From Candidatus Gastranaerophilales bacterium (GTDB lineage: Bacteria; Cyanobacteriota; Vampirovibrionia; Gastranaerophilales; Gastranaerophilaceae), in assembly GCA_003150395.1 (NCBI GenBank), contig QAMI01000059.1, positions 2,719-66,718 on the forward strand: a stretch of 64,000 nt of DNA, read 5' to 3'. The position numbers and the translations under genes are program-made. Shown here in pieces: positions 56,741-64,000 of the stretch. The number at the start of each line of letters is the position of its first letter. Positions within the stretch are counted from its first letter, which is position 1. Under the pieces are notes generated by a model that saw only the letters and a program-made list of their open reading frames with translations, made no database searches and was not told the DNA's origin.

Positions 56741-58386
56741 ACAATCGCACCGTGGCTTGCATCCTGAACATTTTGTGCATATTTGAATAAATATCCTGAC
56801 TTAACTTTCGGCTCAAATGGTTTCAATTTTGAACGACGGTTTTTAAGGTCTACTTCGCTTACTAGAAGTTCTATTTTTCTGTTTGGGATATCTATTTTTA
56901 TTCTGTCGCCATCTTGTACAAGTGCTATTGCACCGCTCTTTGCAGCTTCTGGACAAATATGTCCGACGCAGATCCCGCGTGTTGCACCTGAAAATCTTCC
57001 GTCGGTAATCAGAGCGCAGGATTTGCCCAGACCTTTTCCTACTAAAAGCGACGTCGGGGCAAGCATTTCACGCATTCCGGGGCCGCCAGCAGGGCCTTCA
57101 TAGCGAATAACAATTACATCTCCGGCATTGATTTTGTCATTTTCTAAAGCTTCCATCGCGGCTTCTTCACTGTCAAAAGTTCTTGCCCTGCCTTCAAATT
57201 CATAACATTCAGGCGCCACTCCTGAAATTTTTATTACACATCCGTCTTTTGCAAGGTTGCCGTAAAGTACGCCTAGGCCGGCTTCTGTGTATGTTGAATT
57301 CTCATAAAGCGGAATGACTTCGGTATCGATATAAGCCTTTTGAGCAATTTCAGAGGTGGTTAAGCCACAAACCGTTGCAGTATTTGAAAGTTGTTTGCTT
57401 AAAGATTTCATCACTGCAGGAACACCGCCGGCATTGTGAAAATCTGACATTGTGAGTGTTGATGATGGATTAATTTTTACGATTTGGTGAATTTTACGGC
57501 TGAGTTTGTCAAAATCGTCTATTGTAACATCAAGATTGGCGGCGTTTGCAATTGCAAGAAGATGTAAAAACGTGTTTGTGGAGCCGCCGAGCGCCAGCGA
57601 GGCGGTAAGTGCGTTTATCAATGCATCTTTTGTGATTATGTCAGAAGGTTTTATATCATTTTTTACAAGTTCTAAAACTTGCATGCCGCTTTCAAAAGCT
57701 ATGCGGCGTTTGCGTGACGAAACCGCTGATGCTGAAGCACAGTACGGAAGCGACATCCCAAGGATTTCGGTCAGGCATGCCATTGTGTTTGCTGTGTACA
57801 TTCCTTGGCAGGCACCTGCTGAGGGGCAGGATTCCTCTTCAAGAGCAAGAAGTTCTTCTTCTGTAATTTCACCGTTTCTGAATTTTCCGACAGCTTCAAA
57901 AGAACCTGTTACCATTGTCAATTTGTGGTGATTTCTGCACTCACCATCTAACATGGGGCCTGCAGTTACTATTATTGCAGGAATGTTAAGCCTCAAAGCT
58001 CCGATAATCATTCCCGGCGTAATTTTGTCGCAATTAGAGAGTAAAACAATTCCATCAAGCTGATGTGCTGCGGCAACGCTTTCAACGCAATCTGCAATTA
58101 AATCACGTGAGGGTAAAGAATATCTCATACCATCATGCCCCATTGCAATTCCGTCGCAAATCGCAGGAACACCGAATATAAAGGCTTGACCGCCTGCAGA
58201 GTGAATTCCCTTCTCAATTTGACGTTCCAAATCTCTCATCCCGATATGTCCTGGCACCAGGTCTGAAAATGCGCTCGCAATTCCGATAAAAGGCGCTTTC
58301 ATGTTCTTTTTGCTTACGCCTGTTGCCATCAAAAGTCCGCGATGTGGAGTTTTTGAAATTCCTGATTTTATATTGTCACTTTTCAT
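56737..58386 (-). CDS. ilvD: Dihydroxy-acid dehydratase
   Basis: 549 aa with [51 protein letters not shown]. Confidence 0.95.
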   Translation of the reverse strand: MKSDNIKSGISKTPHRGLLMATGVSKKNMKAPFIGIASAFSDLVPGHIGMRDLERQIEKGIHSAGGQAFIFGVPAICDGIAMGHDGMRYSLPSRDLIADCVESVAAAHQLDGIVLLSNCDKITPGMIIGALRLNIPAIIVTAGPMLDGECRNHHKLTMVTGSFEAVGKFRNGEITEEELLALEEESCPSAGACQGMYTANTMACLTEILGMSLPYCASASAVSSRKRRIAFESGMQVLELVKNDIKPSDIITKDALINALTASLALGGSTNTFLHLLAIANAANLDVTIDDFDKLSRKIHQIVKINPSSTLTMSDFHNAGGVPAVMKSLSKQLSNTATVCGLTTSEIAQKAYIDTEVIPLYENSTYTEAGLGVLYGNLAKDGCVIKISGVAPECYEFEGRARTFDSEEAAMEALENDKINAGDVIVIRYEGPAGGPGMREMLAPTSLLVGKGLGKSCALITDGRFSGATRGICVGHICPEAAKSGAIALVQDGDRIKIDIPNRKIELLVSEVDLKNRRSKLKPFEPKVKSGYLFKYAQNVQDASHGAIV

Positions 58387-58494
58387 AAATTTACTCCCTT
58401 GGTTTTATTTTACAGCAAATAAAACATTTGATAAAATTTCAAATAAATGGTATTATATAAATAGAATTAAAAAAGAATATAAGGAGCTAAGTTT

Positions 58495-58545
58495 ATGAAA
58501 AAGCGCACTATGACTGAATTGCCGGGGGGGGGGGGCATCCGCTAA
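58495..58545 (+). CDS. Upstream mini-ORF containing a G12 tract (MKKRTMTELPGGGGIR*); becomes the start of the downstream pilin at G11
   Basis: AAGGAG (58481-58486), 8-nt spacer, ATG 58495, stop TAA 58543. With one G fewer, the frame continues without a stop into MKKG|FTLAEV. Confidence 0.5.
   Translation: MKKRTMTELPGGGGIR
58524..58535. repeat. Homopolymer G12
   Basis: Counted directly. Confidence 0.95.
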
Positions 58546-58633
58546 TAGCACTCCTCACAGTTTTTTACGTATCTTGTGTATTGCTCATAATAATAATAAA
58601 ATGCTTAATGTATTAGGTGACATAAAGGGCGAT

Positions 58634-59332
58634 ATGAAAAAAGGTTTTACATTAGCGGAAGTTTTAATAACTCTTGGTGTCATCGGAATTATTGCAGCAA
58701 TGACTTTTCCAATGATGATTACCAAATATCAAAAACAGGTTACAGTTGAGCGTCTAAAGAAATTTTATTCTGTCATGCAAAATGCTATCAGGCTTTCTGA
58801 AGCTGATAATGGAGAAATGGCAGATTGGGATTTCCCTAAAGATACCTATGACAGAAATATGAAGACATTTTTTGACAGATATTACAGACCTTACTTGAAA
58901 GATTCTCAGGAATGCAGTAAGTCCTTATGTTTTAAACATGAAAAATATGATATTTATTACTTGAATGGGAAACCTGCTGGAGGAATTTATTCTGATAATT
59001 ATATAGTTAAGTTGAATGATGGGATGTATGTTTATTTTCTTCCAAATACTCCGGCAGCTTATATTTGGATGTTTGTTGACATAAACGGGCATCAGAAGCC
59101 AAACACCATAGGAAGGGACATTTTTGTTTTTGATATATATAGTTATCCTGCAAGGGCTCAACGCAAAAATTATCACATGAAATTCTGGGGTGAATACGAT
59201 AAAGATGATGGAAAATTAACTGACAGTAATGATTATGGCTGCAACAAGTCAGCATCTAGATATTCAGGTTTTAAATGCGGTGAATTAATCTTACGAAGCG
59301 GCTGGAAAATCCCCAAAAATTACCCCTGGTAG
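58634..59332 (+). CDS. Type IV pilin-like protein
   Basis: MKKG|FTLAEVLITLGVIGIIAAMTFP; VDINGHQKPNTIGRDIF; C-terminus YGCNKSASRYSGFKCGELILRSGWKIPKNYPW. There is only a weak SD (AAGGG) before ATG 58634. Confidence 0.85.
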   Translation: MKKGFTLAEVLITLGVIGIIAAMTFPMMITKYQKQVTVERLKKFYSVMQNAIRLSEADNGEMADWDFPKDTYDRNMKTFFDRYYRPYLKDSQECSKSLCFKHEKYDIYYLNGKPAGGIYSDNYIVKLNDGMYVYFLPNTPAAYIWMFVDINGHQKPNTIGRDIFVFDIYSYPARAQRKNYHMKFWGEYDKDDGKLTDSNDYGCNKSASRYSGFKCGELILRSGWKIPKNYPW

Positions 59333-59338
59333 GCGCAC

Positions 59339-59396
59339 ACGTAGTGTGCTTTTACACATTGGCTCAGTCATACTAATATCGCTGGTGAAGGAATTA
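59339..59396 (+). repeat. Direct repeat copy 1 (58 nt)
   Basis: ACGTAGTGTGCTTTTACACATTGGCTCAGTCATACTAATATCGCTGGTGAAGGAATTA. Confidence 0.85.
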
Positions 59397-59480
59397 GGTA
59401 TGGAAGTGCAGGATCAGGACTGGGCGCTGGGAAAGAGAAATGTTTTGTGACGATATTCGAAAAATGCGGCAGGGTTGTGA

Positions 59481-59537
59481 ACGTAGTGTGCTTTTACACA
59501 TTGCTCTGTCATACCAATATCGCTGGTGAAGGAATTA
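59481..59537 (+). repeat. Direct repeat copy 2 (57 nt; differs by 1 indel and 2 substitutions)
   Basis: ACGTAGTGTGCTTTTACACATTGCTCTGTCATACCAATATCGCTGGTGAAGGAATTA. Confidence 0.85.
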
Positions 59538-59725
59538 CGAGTATCCGCAGTATTAAAGTGGTACCGCTGATAGAGATGAAGTCCTCGTTCATTCCCTCGC
59601 CGGGGAGAGGGCGCAGTTCTGCAAGAGCATTTAGCGATTGCTAGAAATGCGGGTGAGGGTTTAAAAATCATAAGTTGCATGGTAGAAAATTTCGTAAATG
59701 TTCAACCACGCTATAGTTCAAGTTT

Positions 59726-61054
59726 TTAAACTTGAGCCTTTTTATTAATAGTACCTATAATAGCAGCCATTGTCCAGAAGATAAACTGAATTTGCGGCCT
59801 GAAAAATACAGTGTCGACAAGCCCGTGTACCATCATTGCAAGAATTGAAATTACAGCCGCTGATAAAAATATTACTTGTCGAATTTCAGTTGATTTTAAA
59901 ATTATTTTTATGCCTTGAGCCAGCATTGTTCCGATAAATCCTAAAAATGCAATTAATGCAAAAATTCCGCTTTCAACTGCAATTTCTAAGAAAATGTTAT
60001 ATGCTGACAGTGCGTCAAATCCTGTTCTCATATATAGTCCGTAGATTTCTCGAAAATTCTTGTTGCCTACGCCAATGCCTAAAAGCCAGTTTTCTTTAAA
60101 CATATTGAAAGATGATTGGTAAACATTAAATCTGAAAGAGTTTGACGAATCCTGCCGCATTGCAAACATAGATAGAACTCTCGCTCTTAAAGATGCAGAA
60201 AGCAGGATTGCCGATGTAATTAGAGCAATGCTGCCGCCTACAATTGCAGTGTAAATGGCTTTGTAATTTTGCCAGAAATATTTGGCTGAAACCGCAAAGG
60301 TTCCTGCAAGAATTACCATCATCCCGATATATGAGCCGCGGCAGCCGGTCAAAAAGAGAGCCGCCGTTGAAATTAAAGATAAAATTAAACCAACAATTCC
60401 GAAATGGTATTTTTTTTCAGTTAAGAATGCCGCTGTTGAGGCGTAAAGCGCCGGAATCCCAGCAACAAAATATCCTCCCAAAAGGTTTGGGTTGTATGGC
60501 TTTAAGGTTCCGTAAACACGCGTCATGATTTGTTCCGGATTAAGTTTTGATACATCTTGCCAACCGGAAATTTCTTCAACATGCGCAAAGTTTTGTAAAA
60601 ATCCGATTATTCCTTCAAAGCTTATGCAAAGCCCGATTGTAATCAAAATCGGTAAAATTTTATCTGTATTTTTTCTTAAAAAATGCGCGATGGAAAGATA
60701 AAAACCCATATATGTCAAAGTTTTTAAGAAACCTTTTAAGCTCAAGGCAAAGAGTGATGAGCCGGCTAGGCTGATTATTACAATCATAAAATACGCCAGA
60801 AGCCAGAGTTCAGCTTTTGAAGGTTTAAGTTCTTCGCCTTTTACAAATAAGAGCTTAACTATTGTCAGAAAAGTCGTAAAAAGTGCGATTAAGCCGATAT
60901 AATCCGACTTCATGACCGTTGATGCTGCAAATACCGCAAGAATTGATATGTAAATTAATTTATCAATATTTTGCAGTATAAGGCTGTTATTATATAAAAA
61001 TTGCGTGTGATTTTGTGTGAAATTAAATAATTTATTGAACATTTTCCACTGCAC
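59726..61054 (-). CDS. O-antigen ligase family (Wzy_C-type) membrane protein
   Basis: 442 aa with about 10-12 TMs and one larger loop. Confidence 0.6.
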   Translation of the reverse strand: MQWKMFNKLFNFTQNHTQFLYNNSLILQNIDKLIYISILAVFAASTVMKSDYIGLIALFTTFLTIVKLLFVKGEELKPSKAELWLLAYFMIVIISLAGSSLFALSLKGFLKTLTYMGFYLSIAHFLRKNTDKILPILITIGLCISFEGIIGFLQNFAHVEEISGWQDVSKLNPEQIMTRVYGTLKPYNPNLLGGYFVAGIPALYASTAAFLTEKKYHFGIVGLILSLISTAALFLTGCRGSYIGMMVILAGTFAVSAKYFWQNYKAIYTAIVGGSIALITSAILLSASLRARVLSMFAMRQDSSNSFRFNVYQSSFNMFKENWLLGIGVGNKNFREIYGLYMRTGFDALSAYNIFLEIAVESGIFALIAFLGFIGTMLAQGIKIILKSTEIRQVIFLSAAVISILAMMVHGLVDTVFFRPQIQFIFWTMAAIIGTINKKAQV

Positions 61055-61607
61055 TTAATTGCTGGTCTTTTGCTACTTCTTCTGCTCCATTAATAAGCTG
61101 GATGTTTGAAACGGTTCCGTTAAGTCTGTAGTCAGCACCTTCAAGAGTAATCGGAAGTCCGATTTTAATCTTGTTTCCGCCGACAACTGCGCCGTCTTTT
61201 GTGATTTTTGCTGTATCAGTAAGGGTTACAACTGCATCATATACATTTGGTTGTGAAACATCTTCAACTACAATTACGGTTTTTGTATTTCTTGTGTTCA
61301 ATACAGGAAGAACAATTTTGCGTCTTTCAGCTTTTACATTTGTTATTTGTAAATCTGAATACGGAACATTTCTTATGCTTATAAAAGTTGTTTCGTTGGC
61401 TTTTATTGGCAGTTCGTTACCTGTATAAGTTATGCCGCGCATGACAACGTCAAAAGAAATTTGAGAAACCGCATCAATACTTTTGCTTGCGGTCGAGCGC
61501 ATACCTTTCATTGTACAAAATCCGACGATTGCTGCGAGAATTATGCCTATGATAATAATATAGTCGACAATTCTGAGTTTTTTCAGAGTATTTAAAAAGT
61601 TTTCCAT
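61032..61607 (-). CDS. Membrane-anchored hypothetical protein (DUF4330-like, tentative)
   Basis: A single N-terminal TM then a beta-rich body. 23-nt overlap with the downstream gene. Confidence 0.4.
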   Translation of the reverse strand: MENFLNTLKKLRIVDYIIIIGIILAAIVGFCTMKGMRSTASKSIDAVSQISFDVVMRGITYTGNELPIKANETTFISIRNVPYSDLQITNVKAERRKIVLPVLNTRNTKTVIVVEDVSQPNVYDAVVTLTDTAKITKDGAVVGGNKIKIGLPITLEGADYRLNGTVSNIQLINGAEEVAKDQQLSAVENVQ

Positions 61608-61616
61608 AATGTTCTC

Positions 61617-62654
61617 CTATAAAATATTTTCGACAGCGCAAAGAAGTTCGCTGATTGTTGTTGTGGCGCATCCAAACTGTTTTACGACAAGACTTGCCGC
61701 TATATTTCCGATGAGAGCCGCATAAACACTGTCGGCGCCTGCTGCAAGTGCAAGTGTGTAAACTGCAGTAACAGTGTCGCCGGCACCTGTTACATCAAAT
61801 ACTTCGGATTTGTTAAATACTGGAATTTTAGTGTATTTTTTGTTCGGTTCTGTTACAAACATGCCGTCTGCACCGCAAGTTATTAATATTGATTTGGCTT
61901 TTGTATCACGTAAGAGTTTGTCGCCTGCTTTTTTCAAATCCTCGTCATTGTTTATAAAAAATCCGACTGACTTTTGCGTGTCAGGAAGGTTTGGTGTCAT
62001 AGAGGTTATGTTTTTGTATGTTTCGAGATTTTTTTGCGCATCAACAACGACTATTTTTTTGTGTTTATTTGCGATTTCGATTGTTTTTTCAATAACTTTT
62101 TTTGTGAGAGTTCCGATGTGATAATCCGACAAAATAACAGCATCAACTTCAGGAATTGCTTTTTTAAGCTGTTCAATTACGAGATTTTCAGTTTCTTTAG
62201 AAAGCGGTTCCTTGGTCTGACGGTCAATTCTTACAATCTGCTGGGTGATTGATGTAGAAATGCTTCCTGAAATTCTTGTTTTAGTTGTGGTTTTTCTGGA
62301 GGAGTCTTTCACAACATAAGCCGCGTCAACTTTAGCCTCTTTAAAGGTTTCAAAAAGCTGTCCTGACTGATAATCATCTCCGCAAACCCCGATAACTTTA
62401 ATTTTTCCGTTATTGAGAGTTGCAACGTTGTGCGCCGCATTGGAAGCAGCACCGAGAATAAGTTTTGTTCTTGTGTGCTGCAAAATCAGCACTGGTGCCT
62501 CGCGGGAAATTCTTTCAGTGTCGCCGTAAATCATCTCATCAATTGCCAAATCCCCGACAACAAGGATTTTGGGCTCGTTTAATCTTTTAATATATGAAAT
62601 TAGTTTCTTTTTATCAAAATCCATAACAATTCTCTTCAAAAATTTTTCTTCCAT
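61617..62654 (-). CDS. hldA: PfkB-family D-glycero-beta-D-manno-heptose 7-phosphate kinase (RfaE domain I type, stand-alone)
   Basis: ILVVGDLAIDEMIYGDTERISREAPVLIL, GAASNAAHNVATL, DVTGAGDTV. No adenylyltransferase domain is attached. Confidence 0.7.
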   Translation of the reverse strand: MEEKFLKRIVMDFDKKKLISYIKRLNEPKILVVGDLAIDEMIYGDTERISREAPVLILQHTRTKLILGAASNAAHNVATLNNGKIKVIGVCGDDYQSGQLFETFKEAKVDAAYVVKDSSRKTTTKTRISGSISTSITQQIVRIDRQTKEPLSKETENLVIEQLKKAIPEVDAVILSDYHIGTLTKKVIEKTIEIANKHKKIVVVDAQKNLETYKNITSMTPNLPDTQKSVGFFINNDEDLKKAGDKLLRDTKAKSILITCGADGMFVTEPNKKYTKIPVFNKSEVFDVTGAGDTVTAVYTLALAAGADSVYAALIGNIAASLVVKQFGCATTTISELLCAVENIL

Positions 62655-62736
62655 TCTAGCACAAACAAAAATTTTCGCAAAAAGGCAATTTTTTTATAGC
62701 TAAATACTTTATATAAATATAACTGGGGGATATTTT

Positions 62737-64000
62737 ATGGGAAAAATAGGATTAGGCATTGATTTATTAAAGAGTGGCGTAAAGATGTTTAAGAGCGCCG
62801 GTAAAACCGCAGTAAAAGATTTTGAGTTTTTAAAAGCTTCTTCTAAATGTAAAATGCCGGAAGAGTTTTCTGCGATTTTTGGTTCGCGTTCAGGAGTTTA
62901 CAAACTTTCACCCGAAGAAAAAGTTATTGACGCATTAAAAGAAGTCAAAACAAAAAGCGGTAAGGCGAAGTTCTCTGAAGAGGCGCTGAGGGCTGAAATC
63001 AAAAAGGTTAATTGGGGTTTTATGCGAAATAAGGACATTACAGGGCAATATTCAGATTCGAGATGTTTTGAGATTGCAAGCTTTGCAGAGCGCCCGGATG
63101 TTAATTTGAAGGATGTTGCAGAATTTTCGCTTTTGCCTGAACATTCTTTTGGTTTTGTAAATTCACTTTCAAAAGACAGATTTAAAATTTTCAAAGAATT
63201 TATGCGATATACCAAAGGGGACAGAAATTATATTCTCAAAATTGGAGAACCAAATCCCCGAAGATTTTCATTTGAACAACTGGTTCATATTTCAAAAGAT
63301 ATGTCAGAAAAAAGCGTTCAAAGGTTAAGAAAACTTGTTGATATCAAAAGACCTGAAGGAGCATCTGTATTTAAAGATGAATACGTTTTCAACGGCGATA
63401 ATTTAATAAAGCTTGCCCAAACGGATAATTTAGAAATTAACAGTCTTGTAAAACTTGCTAAAACAAGCGGTTTAAACGGGCATTCAATCTGTGAAATCGC
63501 AAAAGTCAAGGATATCGACCTTAAAGCTGCTTCAAATGTCATTAATAAAATCAAAAAATCCCATAACGGAGATGTCTGCTTTTTTGTTGAAAAAGATTTG
63601 TATGAGGCGGATAAATTCAGACTGCTTGAGTGGAGCAAGGCAAATGACAAAGAAGTTTTGGTAAAAACTTTTGATAACAAAATGAACTTAATCTCGACTG
63701 ACAAAATCGTCCCTGTTGCCGGCAAGCAAAATCAGGCAAAGATTATCGGAAAGGATTTTGAGGTTGTTCTGGAACCGCATGCAGTTCAGCGAAAAGATTT
63801 ACTTTCATATGAGAAAAAGATGGAAACAGTTTCCGAAACCCGAAAAATAAGAGATAAAAACGGAAATCTTTTGCGAACTGAATATTTAACTCCGTCTAAA
63901 GTTGAAGGGCTTCATAACTGGAAAGCGGTTTTGCCGGACGGAACAGTTAAGCCGATTATTGATGTTAAAATGGGCAAAAACGGAATTTTGACTGTCAAAA
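62737..64000 (+). CDS. Large hypothetical protein, 3' end beyond the window (421 codons visible)
   Basis: Absent from the track because there is no stop in the window. ATG 62737 follows GGGGGA. The frame is open to the end (MGKIGLGIDLLKSGVKMFKSAGK...). No family recognised. Confidence 0.6.
   Translation, partial: MGKIGLGIDLLKSGVKMFKSAGKTAVKDFEFLKASSKCKMPEEFSAIFGSRSGVYKLSPEEKVIDALKEVKTKSGKAKFSEEALRAEIKKVNWGFMRNKDITGQYSDSRCFEIASFAERPDVNLKDVAEFSLLPEHSFGFVNSLSKDRFKIFKEFMRYTKGDRNYILKIGEPNPRRFSFEQLVHISKDMSEKSVQRLRKLVDIKRPEGASVFKDEYVFNGDNLIKLAQTDNLEINSLVKLAKTSGLNGHSICEIAKVKDIDLKAASNVINKIKKSHNGDVCFFVEKDLYEADKFRLLEWSKANDKEVLVKTFDNKMNLISTDKIVPVAGKQNQAKIIGKDFEVVLEPHAVQRKDLLSYEKKMETVSETRKIRDKNGNLLRTEYLTPSKVEGLHNWKAVLPDGTVKPIIDVKMGKNGILTVK

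Noticed and set aside
59339-59537. Diversity-generating retroelement (TR/VR pair) or a mini CRISPR array directly after a pilin gene
   Set aside because: Copy 1 starts after the pilin stop codon, so it is not a variable region inside a CDS. The differences between copies are not adenine-specific. No reverse transcriptase or cas gene is in the window. There are only two repeat copies, separated by an ~84-nt spacer.
59414-59680. Track ORFs 59414..59680 (-) and 59447..59644 (+) in the GC-richer spacer
   Set aside because: They overlap each other on opposite strands, span the direct repeats and hairpins, and lack an SD. Their translations look like repeat-derived low-complexity text. They are more likely non-coding repeat DNA.

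Overview
This is an AT-rich chromosomal segment (roughly one-third G+C by eye, not computed) from a bacterium with outer-membrane-type genes: TolC-family OMP, Wza-like exporter, heptose pathways and O-antigen-ligase-like proteins. I support about 60 protein genes and one tRNA (initiator tRNA-Met). I see no rRNA, CRISPR array, transposase, integrase or phage genes. Two long edge-truncated ORFs are missing from the supplied track and were translated by hand: 1..1977 (-) and 62737..64000 (+).

Gene order, left to right:
- a Cys-rich pilin-like gene of at least 659 codons, a class II photolyase, and a divergent pair of pilin-like genes
- a TolC/HlyD/MFS efflux module, a SIMPL protein, gdhA, msrB, an esterase and a Maa-type acetyltransferase
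- an aminotransferase with an AsnC regulator, then two DUF2229-type (acyl-CoA dehydratase-activase-related) genes flanking a PHP phosphoesterase
- a Wzx/Wzy-type polysaccharide locus of about 22 kb (22.4-43.8 kb) carrying a complete GDP-D-glycero-D-manno-heptose pathway
- pnuC, three paralogous unknown proteins and a decayed class A beta-lactamase next to tRNA-fMet
- rpmH-rnpA, proC, a DUF2752/TM2/zinc-ribbon membrane cluster, a GlcF-like Fe-S protein, ilvD, an O-antigen-ligase-like gene and a heptose kinase.

The main signal is four G/C homopolymers of 11-12 nt in otherwise AT-rich DNA. Each is placed so that a 1-nt length change switches a surface-structure gene.
- Three lie in the leader-peptide region of type IV pilin-like genes. 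For two of these, the tract is the only route from a strong SD/ATG to the prepilin frame. None of the three upstream ATGs reads into the pilin frame as sequenced.
- One splits an O-acyltransferase inside the heptose locus.
- Two of the pilin tracts sit in a homologous block of about 45 bp that is oriented oppositely relative to its gene.

I interpret this as a contingency (phase-variation) system built into disposable prepilin leaders. Homopolymer sequencing error must be excluded first. My taxonomic guess is an uncultured low-GC diderm lineage with many orphan pilin-like genes, and it is unverified.
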